Assembly: GCA_964016885.1 (NCBI GenBank)
Contig: OZ024740.1
Coordinates: 179,490,001-179,554,000 of the forward strand
Source of the DNA: Eledone cirrhosa
Lineage: Eukaryota
Direction: 5' to 3'
Length of the DNA stretch: 64,000 nucleotides
The notes under the pieces are model-generated. The model ran no database searches. It saw only the letters and a program-made list of their open reading frames with translations, and had not been told where the DNA came from. The position numbers and the translations under genes were made by a program. Positions 1 through 13,880 of this stretch are shown one piece after another. Numbering within the stretch: the stretch's first letter is position 1; the number at the start of each line of letters is the position of its first letter.

Positions 1-419
1 CGGCAGGGATCAATTCGGATTAATTGTAGACAGTTGCTTCTCAGAGCACCATCTATAAAACGTATCTGAGGACTCTCTCTCCACGAGCCTCCCAGGAATA
101 CGCGGCGCAAAATAAGAACAAAACAGAAAAGAAGAGAAAACTTCATAATTGTTATAGACAAAGATCTCGATTAAGGAGATTCTTCTAGCATCTTATTAGG
201 TTATACCACGAAAGAGGTCTGTCAACTTCAATCTTCCGACGTCTGTTTATCATGCTATCAAACCTCATCTTTCCTAGGCCGGTACATTAATTTTGTCTTC
301 AAACGATGAATGGTGAACTTCACCTTGAGTGTTTTACACTCAGGACGTAGAGAACCGAAACAAATACCACAAACCATTACATCTGATGCTCTAATGGCTG
401 ATAATTTGATGTATAATAA

Positions 420-620
420 TTAATTACTTAGCCTTAGCAGATCCTGCATGAAGCAGCAACATCTCTCTAATGACCATGTTCAGTTGCATCTCGCAAGATT
501 TTATTCCAGTTCTTGTTGACGGGTTTGAGATTCCTGTTTATTGTCTGCCACCCGTTCATCCTTTTTCCTCCTCTTCTTCCCTTTTCCCTGGGGGTACCAA
601 TACAGGATCTGGTTAGTAAG
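420..620 (-). mobile_element. Degraded 3' end of an RTE-like LINE
   Basis: Minus strand reads ILYWYPQGKGKKRR then, after a frameshift, WQTINRNLKPVNKNWNKILRDA. This resembles the RTE C-terminal W.PQGKR.RGRP..TW region. It ends in a TAA/TTA-rich tail. Confidence 0.45.
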
Positions 621-1369
621 GCTTTCACTAGTAATTACAGTTCAATAGTATTCTGTGCTTTACCGACACTGTATGAGTCAACATCATGTTAATGACATAG
701 AGCCTGCTGGGCTGGAATACAGTGAATAGACTGTTGTAGAAATGGACAAATGTAGTTCTAATTGAAGTATATAAAATGAGAAACATTAAGCTGAATAATT
801 GTCAGTCCATTGATTTAACCTATCGCATGCAATCTTTGTCCGTTCAGTGAGACTTTCGTTAAAATTGTTTCTCTTCAAATACAGTTAATTAGTAGATACA
901 TTTCTACCATTAGTAAACATGCATGTTTTTCAAGGTAATAGCATATATGGATATTACTATTGACGTAGTATATTGTGCGGAATCTTTATACACATATTGA
1001 ATATCATTTAGCAGGTGCGTGTATCTATAATTAGAGGAGCGCGATTTAGATATAAATTCTTGCGTACTATAGATTCATTAATAAATCCCGGTTTGAAAGG
1101 ATGTAAGCAGACCTACTTAAAAGTTGATGTTATTTTAATGTAATATTAACAAAATTAGAAGCATGTAATACATGTAACACATCATTTAACTGATGCATTC
1201 TAAAATCTATTATGTACGTAAACGATGAAACAACATGATAAATGAAAGTTTAGTTCTCAAATGGTTTGATCAATATAAATTTAAGAACAATATTTAATGA
1301 TCAGAAAGTTTGGAACTTCTGCGTAAAATTGAAGATCTTTTATTTTATGAATTTTATGTATAGAAGTTT

Positions 1370-1600
1370 CAAATGGCTGAGACCAACAGAAAATAAGGAC
1401 GGAATGGAAGCAGTCGAGGATGAACGAGACAAAAAAACAACAACAAAAAAAACAACAAGAATAAAAAAATAACCTGGACGGACGTGATGAGAGTTGTTCT
1501 CAATTATCTTAAGCTCATAATGGAGATAACGCAGGTACACGAGAAGTAGGTAGACGCTGAATAGGCTACCAGTCAAGAAACGTGGACGTAAAATGATTAT
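1370..1600 (+). mobile_element. Degraded 3' end of an RTE-like LINE
   Basis: Reads EAVEDER...TWTDVMRVVLNYLKLIMEITQ and ends GGACGTAAAATGA, the same terminus as the SINE at 31046-31385. Confidence 0.4.
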
Positions 1601-2118
1601 ATATATATATAAATAAATAGTGTAAACAAAGTTTCATACACTTAATATGCATATGCTACCAATGGTTTCAGGCTCCATTCAGGCACCACTGTATAATGCT
1701 GGAGGCACTTTTAAACTGGCACTTCATTCAGGCACGTGGACAGAAATATGAAATAGGGAATTTGTTATCTCTAGGAAGATACTCCATCGTAAATTTGTGG
1801 ATGTTTATTTGAAGCAGGAGAGGTTGTTCTGGAGTGAAGTTTGTTTGTATACAAATTTATCAATTTCTAGGGCTATTCTGTCCACGGATTGTAACAATCA
1901 ATGACACTGCCATTCAATCGCTTACATATCGGTTCTTAAAGTTGGTGAACTGCCTCCTCTCTTATACAGTGGTGGCCGTGACTGGAAACCGAAATTATAT
2001 TGGTAGCACATACATATTAAGTGTATGATACTGTGTTTAAACTAAATAAGCTCTCTTCCAACAGATCGGACACTGTTTTTCTATATCTATATCTATATAT
2101 CTACGGATTTCTAGAAAA

Positions 2119-2233
<115 letters not shown>

Positions 2234-2612
2234 TGTATATATATATTTATTAAAATAACAGATTAAAGTTTAAGCAAAGAATCGCTGCTTTCACCCTTAA
2301 CGGGCTTCTGAAACTAACAAAGTCAATCTGTAAACTCAGAAGTGGATATTTCAAAAAACGTTGCAACCGGAGAAAGACAGGAAGACGATACTTTGGTTCG
2401 TAGAAACGCTCCCTGGCAAAGAACGGGTAAAAACGAATATAATACGTCATTAATAGGAGCGGTGAAAAACAATTACACGCAAAGACAGAACCACGTTTAT
2501 GGTTTATGGTATAGAAGAAGTCGTAGGATATTGTTCTCTTAGGTGGTTCAATGAACGGAGAAAACGAAGATAATACGTCCTCGGTTGAGCACTCTATTGA
2601 CTTATATTCATC

Positions 2613-4735
2613 ATGCAGAAACAACATCTGAATATTTCTGCAAAGAACATACCCGTACCAAGCAGGAAATCATACCTAAACTCCTGATACAGAAAACAGA
2701 CACGTTCATTAAAAGGTTGCGTTGGCGTGCCTTTTATTTCGATAATCCGCAAAAAGCTGACAACAAGCAAGATAAATTTGGGTTTAAAACCTATAATAAC
2801 CCTCCGTGTAACCCAGCATTGCTACCCTTTGAAAATGATGTCTTGGAACTCATACGGAGTATCAAATTTAGGAATAGGAGCAATTCCTTCCAGCAGGATC
2901 TGAAGAATAGAATTCGTTCTATTAAGGATTCTAATGCCGTGCACGTCCATTCCGACAAAACTGGCAACCTATATCAAGTGGAGCGCAGTACTTACCATCA
3001 ACTGCTACATAATGCTTTAACTAAGGATTACCGTAAAACTAATCGGTGCGTCATCAATGAAATCAACGATGCTGGTTTTAAAATCACCGCTGATCTTAAC
3101 ATCCTGGCCCGGCCCGAACCTCTGGACACTATTTCTCCCCACTTTACCCTGAAGGATCACAAATCCAATTTTCCGAACAACCCCTCTATTCGGCTTATTA
3201 ACCCTACGAAGAACGATTTAGGTAGACTTAGGAAAAGGATTCTTGATAGAATTATACCTGAAATTAGAAGTTTGGCCCCTCTTGCACTGTGGAACAATTC
3301 TTTCGCGGTGATTGATTGGTTCAACGGTATATGCAACAATGAACATTGCCGTTTTATCTAATTCGACATCAATAATTTTAACACCTCCATCACTTTACCA
3401 CTTCTCCTTAGAGCTATCAATTTCGCTAAAACACTCACAGTGGTTAAGGATTTCGAAGTTGATGTCATCATCAATGCCCGTAAGTCGGTGATTAATTTCG
3501 ACGACTCTATTTGGATTAAAAAAACCAATAGTACCCCATTCGACGTGAGTATGGGCGCCAGCGATTCTGCGGAGGTTACTGATCTTATCGGCCTTTTCCT
3601 TCTTTTCTCTATCAAAGACGAATTCCCCAACGCGGGCGGTGGTTTGTACCGTGATGATGGTCTTTTGACCATGACTAAGTACGGCCCTCGTGCTTGCGAC
3701 AGGTTCAGAAAAGAACTCACGGCCTTCTTTAAAGGCTTCAACCTCTCTATACAGGTTGAGGCCAACCTCTCGGTCGTTAATTACCTCGCCGTTACCCTCA
3801 ATTTATCGAATGGCTTTTATTACCCGTATAGAAAGCCGAATGATACGCTTAATTATATAAGTAAGCATTCCAACCATCTTGCCAGTATAACCAAGATCAT
3901 GGAAAGAAACGTTTCGTTGGGGCTTTCCCGTCTATCTACTAACGAGCATATTTTCAACGACCATTCCACTTATTACAATGAAGCTCTTGCTCGGAGTAGA
4001 TTTGTCGATAAGGTAGCATATACAGAGTGCGAGAATAGACTTAGAAGTAATAGATCCCGTCGCATTACATGGTATAACCCACCATATAATATGGAGGTGG
4101 CCACACCATTAGCTAAGATCTTTCTATCCCTTATTACGAAGAATTTTCCCCCTAAACATAAATAGAGTAAAACCTTTAATAGAAATACTATTAACATTTC
4201 TTACTCTACGACTCCTAACCTTGCACATAACATCATAACTTCAAATTTAGCTAAACTACCTAGACGTAGGAACACGTGCAACCCTGTAGTTAGTGCTAAC
4301 TGTAATTGTAGGAATCGGGCTGATTGCCCCCTATCCAGGAAATGTCTCTCTAGTAACATTGTCTACAAATGTAAGGTTGAAACACCCACGTCCCGTAGGG
4401 CCTACATAGGGTTAACCGCCAATAGATTCAAGCAGCGTCTTTAAATGCATACCCAGTCTTTTCGTTACCCTCTAAGAGAGGAATATGACGTCACTTTCAG
4501 CTTATATCTGGAGTCTAAATGACAACCACACCCAATATAAGTTACACTGGGAGATCCTAGCTTGAATCTAGATCGTATAACGGAAATAAAAGACCATGTG
4601 ACCTCTGCGCCGCTGAGGCCCTGGAAATACTCAACGCCACAGACCACATCTTAAACAAAAAATCTGAGGCAATTTCGACTTGTAAACATAAATTGCACAA
4701 AGCTCTCCTGTATTACAGCCCCACATTATACCCTA
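2613..4735 (+). pseudogene. PLE RT + GIY-YIG endonuclease, disrupted
   Basis: Starts MQKQHLNISAKNIPVPS, frameshifts into KLLIQKTDTFIKRLRWRA, then TLKDHK, IRLINP, FDVSMGASDSAE, GLYRDDGL, ITWYNPPY, CNCRNRADCPLSRKC, NIVY...AYIG. In-frame stops at 3359, 4163 and about 4442. Confidence 0.92.
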
Positions 4736-5665
4736 ACGGATTGTACGATCTATACGTGGATATTTTACGTGTTGATGTGGTAGCTAAATATATGTTATGT
4801 TTATACCATTACTTATTTGCATTGGTATGTATATATTACCTGTATGTTTTGTGAAGGTACGTATACTTTCTTCTACGTATATTTGATTGTATATGTTATA
4901 TGCGTATATCTTTATATATTCTGGTACATATGCTTTTGGTTATGTGTATACGGGAGTTTTGCGTCTGTGTGAGTATGCAGGTTCGTCCGTATGTTGTGTG
5001 TGTGTGTGTATGTGTACTTCATGTTTTGGTTGACGTTGTCTCCGAACATTTGTGTATTTACATGTAGGTATGTGTGTGCGCTTGTTATATACGTATTTAT
5101 TTATTTATTTATATACGTTTATTTAATTACTTATGTATTTGTATACACGCACACACACACACATATGTATATGTGCGTGGTTTTGTATATCTATGGCGAG
5201 TGTTTTCGCGTATGCTCGTGTATTTCGATGCGTGTATGTATTTATTTAATTTCAATTACTTCTGTATTGTATTTTATTTACTTTATTCTTAACTCTGAAG
5301 CGGAGAATCATTCTGTTTCCTAGTTAGAATTTTAGTCTACGACTTCAGCTATACCATTTACGTGGTTTTGTCTTTGCGTGCAATTGTTCTCCACGTTCCT
5401 CATATGATGTATTATCTTCGTTTTCTCGTTTCATTGCCAGAGAACGTCTCTATGAACCACCAAAGAGAACATTAGTCTACCACTTCTTTTATACCATAAA
5501 CGTAGTTCTGTCTTTGCGTGTAATTGTTTTTCACCGCTCCTATTAATGACGTATTATATTCGTTTTTTCCCGTTCTTTGCCAGGGAACGTTTCCACGAAC
5601 CCAAAATATCGAATTCCTGTCTTCCTCCGGTTGCAACGTTTTTTGAAATATCCACTTCTGCGTTT

Positions 5666-5740
5666 ACAGATTGACTTTGTTAGTCTCAGAAGATCCCGTT
5701 AAGGGTGAAAGCAGCGATTATTTGCTTAAACTTTAATCTA
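5666..5740 (+). ncRNA. Type I hammerhead-like ribozyme, atypical core (CAGAAGA)
   Basis: Core CAGAAGA 5687-5693, stem II CCC/GGG, GAAA 5707-5710, stem III AGCA/TGCT, predicted cleavage CUU at 5727, bipartite stem I. Confidence 0.6.
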
Positions 5741-5824
5741 TTTTAATAAATATTTGCTCTGCGGTTCTTATATATTTGATATATACTTATCCTTATCGAG
5801 CCCTCTTTGGATTTTAGTCTTCAA

Positions 5825-6245
<421 letters not shown>

Positions 6246-6342
6246 CAAAATTTATAAAACACACTTTGTATTTTATCTGATGAAAGCGTACCAATGCTTT
6301 TGGTACCCTTGAAATATATATTAATTTATAAAACACACTTTG

Positions 6343-6404
6343 TATTTTATCTGATGAAAGCGTACCAAGGTTTTTGGTATCCTTGAAATATATATAATAG
6401 AATA
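6343..6404 (+). ncRNA. Type I hammerhead ribozyme (pLTR of element 2)
   Basis: TATTTTAT-CTGATGA(6351)-stem II AAG.GTACCAA/TTGGTAT.CTT-GAAA(6385)-TATATA-TA^-ATAGAATA. Stem III is short and palindromic. An upstream partial copy has its core at 6277. Confidence 0.85.
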
Positions 6405-6597
6405 AATATGCTTTTATAAATATAGTTTCCATTTATTTAATATCATCGAATATTATACTCCAGAAAACTTGTCGAGTGCTCTGAATCAGTTATAAACATT
6501 TATATTTGTTGAATTACCAACAAATTGAATATCCTTTCTGCTTATAAATAGCTCCCTTTAATGTTGAGCACTTTAAAATATAACTGATTGCAAAATA

Positions 6598-9050
6598 ATG
6601 GAATTATTTAGGATTTCTTCTTCTCTAAAAGATGTACTCTTACCTAAAAATAAGGAATATCTAAAACAACTCATTGAGAAATCTGACTCCTTTATACGAA
6701 GACTTAGGTGGCGTGCCTTCCATTTCGTTAGAAAATCGGATGAAAAAAAAAAAAATCCAGTTACAACTTTGATCTTATCTTCAAATCTAAGAAGAATCCA
6801 CCTAGCAACAAACTATTAACTGAATTTGAAAATGAAGTAATATATTTTATACAAAACATTAAATTAAAAAAAAAAATGTATAGGCCAGGAATATCTTAAA
6901 GGCCTCAAAAATGATATAGACAATCTTGAAAAAACTAAGAAGATCCTCGTAAAATCTGATAAAACTAATAATTTATATGGAATGGAAAAGGACGAATATA
7001 ATAACCTTATATTGAAAGAACTCAGAAAAAACTACAAAATAACAACAAATGAAGATCTTTCAACGTTATTATTTCAGAGAAGCTTCTGAAATAATTCATA
7101 AATTAGGCATCCTAAATAGGACCGAACCCTTTATACCTAGAAAACCAAAAAATAACCTGAAAGACCACAAAAGAAAATTTGAAATAGAACTACCAGTCAG
7201 ACTCATAGCACCATCTAAATCAGACTTAGGCATAATTAGCAAACATATATTAGATATAATAGCGGTGGATTGGCAGTATCGGTAGAGGGTCGGACGCCAT
7301 GCTTTCCAGCATAGTTACGTCCCTTTACGATCTGAGTTCAAATCCCGCCGAGGTTGACTTTGCCTTTCATCCTTACGGGGTCGATAAAATAAAGTACCAG
7401 TAATGCACTGGGTAATTGCTGGCCTTGTGCCTAAAGTAGAAACATATATTAGATAGAATACCACAACATAAAGAAAAATCACACTTGAAACTAAGGAACG
7501 GTACTAATGAAATTATAGATTGGTTTAATAACATAAAATTAAAACATAACAAAAAATTCATTCAAATGGATATTGCAAATAACTACTCCTCTATTACTCC
7601 TAGCTTACTTAATAAGGCTCTTATCTACGCATCTAAACATACAGACCTCTCTAGTGATGAAATGAACATAATTCTAACGGCACGGAATACACTAACATAA
7701 TTCAATAATCATCTCTGGACAAGAGCCGACAGAAAAAACAATTTTGATATCACTATGAGATCATCTGACTCGGCGCAAATAACGGATCTTGATGGTTTAT
7801 TTATTAATAATGTACTGCATAGGAAAATGCCAGAGGTGACCGGTGGTTTATATCGTGACGATATGCTGCTTTTAATTGAAAACCATAGCAATTGTGAAAT
7901 TAATAGGAAAAGAAAATATATAATACAATTCTTCAATAACTACAACCTTAAGTTAGAAGTAGAGAATAACTACACAATCGTTAACTTCTTAGACGTAACC
8001 TTAAACCTTAGCACAGGTCTTTACTATCCTTTCCATAAAATTAACGAAAATCTAAATTACGTAAGTTTTAACTCTAATCATCCAAGAAGTATTAAAAACA
8101 CTATTGTCAATCATGTCCAACAACGGATTTCACGCATCTCTGGTAATAAAAATATTTTTGATGATAAGGCTGAATATTATAATGAAGCTTTAATTACAGC
8201 AGGATATTCGAATACAATTAAATACATTGATAACAATAACATGGCAAATCATGTATTAATTATAATAATAATAAACAATTTAACTTAAACACTAAACCAA
8301 ACCAAAATAACTAGAACTAGAAATATTATTTGGTACTCCCCCCCCCCCACATTATAATTAAGCGTTAAAACACCTTTAGCAAAGCTATTCTTTAAAACAC
8401 TAGATAAATGTTTTCCTAAAGCCCACAGATACCACTCTATTTTTAACAGGCATACTATAAAACTATCTTACTCTACTTCTATGAACATAGCACTATATAT
8501 AAATAGAATTAATAATAGAAACTTAAATTTAAACCCTAACCAAAATAACCAAAATAGCAATAATAATATTTCTAGCAATATCCAGTATAATAGTACCGTT
8601 CCGACAACAACAACTCCATAAAATGTAACTGTAGAATCAAATCAAACTGTCCTTTACAAAATAATTGTTTAGATAAAAACGTAGTTTATAAATGCACAGT
8701 TAAAACTAGAGATAAAATATTTAACTATGTTGGTGCCACTTCTACAAAATTTAAAGAACGCTGGAATAACCATAAACATACTTTTAAAAGATCTGATAAA
8801 AAATCTTCTAGTTCACTTTCACATCTTATATGGAACTTAAAAGGCAAGAATATAGACTATTCAATATCTTGGAAAACGATTTCGAAAGTACCTGCGTACT
8901 GGAATATGACTTTATCAAGATTCTGAAACTTGTGTATCAAAGAAATGTTTTATATAATTAACTGTCAAAACTCTATTAATCTAAGAACAGAGTTGTTTTC
9001 TTCTTGCAGACATAGCCAAAATTCCACGTTCAGAACTATGTTTGATTTAT
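6598..9050 (+). pseudogene. PLE RT + GIY-YIG endonuclease, disrupted and SINE-interrupted
   Basis: LIEKSDSFIRRLRWRA, NLKDHK, VRLIAPSKSDLG, FIQMDI, GLYRDDML, VNFLDVTLNL, IIWY, CNCRIKSNCPLQNNC, NVVY...NYVG in shifting frames. Confidence 0.9.
7262..7443 (+). mobile_element. tRNA-derived SINE with Meta-type central domain, inserted in element 2
   Basis: A box TGGCAGTATCGG, B box GAGTTCAAATCC, central GCCGAGGTTGACTTTGCCTTTCATCC...GGTCGATAAAATAAAGTACC. AAACATATATTAGATA is duplicated at 7241-7256 and 7440-7455 (TSD). Confidence 0.9.
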
Positions 9051-9207
9051 AATATTCCTATAATCCTTCAAAATATCCTATCCTCTTTAACAATTTAAAA
9101 TTATTAATATTTTTAATATTTTATTATTTCTAAATGCGAATATCTTTAATATTTCAATTACTTTTACCTTTCAGCAAAAAATTTATTTTAATATATATAT
9201 ATATATG

Positions 9208-9292
<85 letters not shown>

Positions 9293-10179
9293 AATTTTTT
9301 ATTTTTTATTTTTAATTCTTACATTATTATTTTGCTAATGACACCCTCTAAAGATATATTTTTTAGATGTAAATTGATAATCATTAGCTGACATTAGAAA
9401 AATTTATCCTCTTCATGACAGTTTCTCAGATAAGCACATTACGTATCTCCTCTTTTTTGATTTTCAAACATTCACACATCTTTCGACTAAAATAATTAAT
9501 CTCACACTAACTCTTCAAATGTATCGATTAACAAACAAAACTGGAGTTATCTTTCCTTTCTCAATCGTGTAAACTTATTATATACTTAACTTCGCTAAAT
9601 TAACAATATTATGAAAACATTTTCAATAATGAACAAAATATTCAAATCTATAAATTGTTCTCATCTCATAACTTGAAATACCTATTAATTTACATAAAAC
9701 ACAAGATCAACTTCCCTCGTAACTCATATTATAAACAACTAATAATTGTAAATTTTCTATATCTCTTTAATACATATGCAATTATTAATATATACAGATA
9801 TTTATACATATGACCTACTACAATATTGTAATAAGATAAATACTTACAAACATAATTATCCATATAAGTATATACATAATATAGGTAAATATACAAATTT
9901 GTTTCCCCAAATTAACGTAAGTATAAGGTCTTCTTTTCTTTTGCCTTTTTCTTTTTTTCTTTTTCTTCCTTTTCTTTCTTTCCTACTAATACAAACACAT
10001 ATCTAAATTCTCCATAGCGTCTAAAATAAGGTGTTTTCAAACGTATGCCTCAACCTCATTTACATATTCCTTTGCACACTCATCTTAACAATTTGAAAAA
10101 ATCTGTCTCTAAGTCCACTGGCCAAGGAAAACTTCAAACGTTAAGGTTGGCTATGTCAACATTGATAAAACACACTTTG

Positions 10180-10241
10180 TATTTTATCTGATGAAAGCGT
10201 ACCAAAGTTTTTGGTACCCTTGAAATATATATAATAGAATA
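10180..10241 (+). ncRNA. Type I hammerhead ribozyme (3' pLTR of element 2)
   Basis: CTGATGA at 10188, GAAA at 10222, same stems as 6343-6404. Confidence 0.85.
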
Positions 10242-10379
10242 AATATGGTTTTATAAACATAGTTTCCATTTATTTAATATCATTGAATATTATACTCCAG
10301 AAAAACTGTCGAGTGCTTTGAATCAGTTATAAACATTTATATTTGTTGAATTACCAACAAATTGAATATCCCTTCTGCT

Positions 10380-10415
<36 letters not shown>

Positions 10416-10426
10416 ATAATAATAAA

Positions 10427-10505
10427 ATTGACTTTGTTAGTTTCAGAAGATCCCGTTAAGGGTGAAAGCAGCGATTCTTTGCTTAAACTTTAATCTGTTA
10501 TTTTA

Positions 10506-10510
<5 letters not shown>
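10427..10510 (+). ncRNA. Solo element-1 terminus with CAGAAGA hammerhead variant
   Basis: AGTTT-CAGAAGA-TCCCGTTAAGGGT-GAAA-GCA...TGC-TT^-AAACT, between TA tracts. Confidence 0.65.
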
Positions 10511-10540
<30 letters not shown>

Positions 10541-10890
10541 AAAGAGGCGGGACACGTTGGTAGAGCTCTTGCGGTTTCAACAGCACTAGTTGAGGTTGCG
10601 GCGTTGAAATTATTAATAAGACCATTAATTATGGGAGTACTCTATGTATGTGGAAATGTATATATATATATGAATAGATATGCAAACTATTCCGTAAATT
10701 CATTTCCTGTTTTCTGCCCTTTCAAACATGTTGATTACGTGGGCACAAATCACACTATTGGTTAATTTCCAATTCTTAAATATATACTGATATTTAAATC
10801 AACTCTTAAAGATAAGCCACGGTATCTAATAAATTCATATTCAATTCTCGCAAATAAACACAATTTCCATATTTAAAAACAAATATATTG

Positions 10891-11047
<157 letters not shown>

Positions 11048-11321
11048 TTATTTATTTACTTATTTGTATTCATAAACACAGGCACACAACCACATTTACA
11101 CACAGAGTGTGGATATGTTAAGGTGTGTGCATGCTGAAGCTAACTCTGTAAGCGTGTAAGAGTGTAACATAGTAGTATTTACATACATATGACTACATAT
11201 ATGTACACAAACACATACATACATACATACACATGCATACATATAAACATATATACATAACTCCATAGATTAACTCATCTGAATATGCAAATATTCCTAT
11301 ACATTTATGTATGGATGTGTG

Positions 11322-11420
<99 letters not shown>

Positions 11421-11805
11421 ATATATGTTATCTCTTTTTGAGTTTACGTATTTATGTGTGTGTGCGCGGTTGCGTGTGTACGTTTGTTCATATATGTTAG
11501 AATATGAATATACTATTGGCTTTTATTATCTCTCCGATGATTTATTATTAGTCAGCCAAACATAGAAATAAAAATTATAGTAAAACCAGATAGTATGAAA
11601 AATGAAATTGATAGTTTGTGCCAACAATATGTGGGCTATAATTCTTGACCTGATGTCATAGAGCTGACATATAAGCGACCGTTTTAACGATGAATATCAA
11701 CTGTTAGATATTCTATAAAAGTTGATACTTCTTTTTTAAAGCATTCAAAATGATATAGATTATTCTATATTTCACATACACACAAGTGCGCGGGTATATA
11801 TATAT

Positions 11806-11857
<52 letters not shown>

Positions 11858-11884
11858 ATATATGTATATATGTATATATATATG

Positions 11885-11962
<78 letters not shown>

Positions 11963-12000
11963 TGTATATATATGTATATATGTATATATATATATATATG

Positions 12001-12597
12001 TACAACCTGTCTCATGGTCAGGTCATTGGCGACTAAACTGGCAACCCCACCAAGGTTTCTTGGTGAGGAGGGTGACTTTGGACATCCTGCAGGACTAAAA
12101 ACAAAACCTGTCAAAGGGCAAAGGAGCTCTTAAGAGTCAATGGCCATCCAAAATCACCGGGAGAGATGACCCCTTTAGCCTTAGTCAAGGCAGAATTCTA
12201 GGAGAAGGAAAACTCTGATATAACACCTGCAACCCTGATGGTATCCAATGATGTTGACTTGTTCTTCTTTTTGGTAAATAGCATCTTGGTTAAGAGAGTG
12301 GGACTGGCTTTGTGCAGTGCCTTTGCTCACTATAAAAGCTTCACGGCACAGGCATTGCTTTATATCTGGAGATCTCTCTGCACTTGTCCTCACATGGGCC
12401 CAGCACTATGTGTCAATAATTGTCCTACCATGGGCCTAGCACTATGTGTCAATAATTGTCACAGGTGTAGTGTTTGTACCAGAGGTTTCAAGTCGCTGGC
12501 TGGACTAAAAAGTCACACTCGTTCAGCGCTTCGGTAGGGGTTATCCTACATGGATGTAAAGTAGTGGCCGTACTCGAAAACGAGTTGGCAGCCACCA
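12001..12597 (+). mobile_element. Non-autonomous RTE-like derivative (5' UTR fused to C2H2 zinc-finger 3' end)
   Basis: RTE-type leader (CTAGGAGAAGGAAAACTCTGA) joined to [20 protein letters not shown] and a short tail. Embedded in (TA)n. The 5' part recurs at 61345-61715. Confidence 0.6.
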
Positions 12598-12707
12598 TAT
12601 ATATGTATATATGTATATATGTATATATATATGTATATATATATATATATGTATATATGTATATATATATGTACATATATATATATATATGTATATATGT
12701 ATATATG

Positions 12708-12796
<89 letters not shown>

Positions 12797-12799
12797 ATA

Positions 12800-12963
<164 letters not shown>

Positions 12964-12972
12964 CATAAATAT

Positions 12973-13175
12973 AAGATAGCTTAACGGTTCAAGTTTTCCT
13001 TGGATATCCAAGGAAAACTTGAACCATTAAGCTATCTTTCCTTGGTTATGTCAAATTTTATAAAACAAACTTTGTATTTTATCTGAGGAAAGCGTACCAA
13101 AGTTGTGGTACCCTTGAAATATATATAATAGAATAAATATGTGTTTATAAATATAGTTTCCATTTAATTAATATA
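12973..13175 (+). mobile_element. 5'-truncated element-2-family copy with inverted 5' segment and HHR
   Basis: Near-perfect palindrome 12973-13038 centred on GGATATCC, then pLTR with CTGAGGA...GAAA hammerhead at about 13073-13135. Confidence 0.8.
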
Positions 13176-13199
13176 ATTGTATATTTATATATATATATA

Positions 13200-13333
13200 T
13201 TGTTATACTTTGAGAGGGTCATGTTGCCAATAAGAAACACACGCACCAGTTGCTTCACTCCAATTTATTATAAATTACATTAAATTTCAACACACATTTT
13301 CAGATAAAGAATCTTGCTAAACAAATTCAGAAA

Positions 13334-13337
<4 letters not shown>
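13200..13337 (-). repeat. Dispersed repeat (probable PLE terminus)
   Basis: The same sequence recurs, rearranged and inverted, at 25915-26130. TA-flanked. Confidence 0.6.
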
Positions 13338-13382
<45 letters not shown>

Positions 13383-13880
13383 TAACTCATTTCATTTAGA
13401 ATTCGCCTGAATACATACATCTATGGTTTTGATTGTTACGGAATGCAACCACAAATACAACTTAATGAGACAACACCTTATGCCGTTAGGTTGTCATGCA
13501 ACATTTATCATTGAATATGGGCTATAGATAAGAGGATGGACGCATAGCATTTTTGTTCTTCCACAGCCCCGAATATAGACACATAGAAAGATAGATAGAC
13601 GGAGATAGAGATATATGTATATATATATATACATGCACAACCATGCACAGACATATGTGCAAATAGAAGTGCACACGTAAGCGTACACACCTATATGAAA
13701 AGGTAAATTTGTACGTAATATCAATAAAGTTAAATGGAACTTAAGACTTCAACTCAAACGTAGAACCATAATATATGATACGTATATCATAAACGAAACA
13801 TTTGTCTTTCGACTCATCTCAGTATTTAATCCGAAGAATCAGCTAGTCATAGATAATGTTTTATGGTGATTAGAACATCA

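Larger units (their letters stand above)
6254..10385 (+). mobile_element. Naiad-type Penelope-like retroelement 2 with direct pseudo-LTRs
   Basis: Direct repeat 6328-6545 / 10165-10383 carrying an HHR. Internal disrupted ORF. (TA)n on both sides. Confidence 0.92.

Noticed and set aside
2613-4735. Programmed readthrough or selenocysteine in the Naiad ORF
   Set aside because: The main in-frame stops are TAA/TAG at Q/Y-type positions and are accompanied by frameshifts, which indicates ordinary decay.
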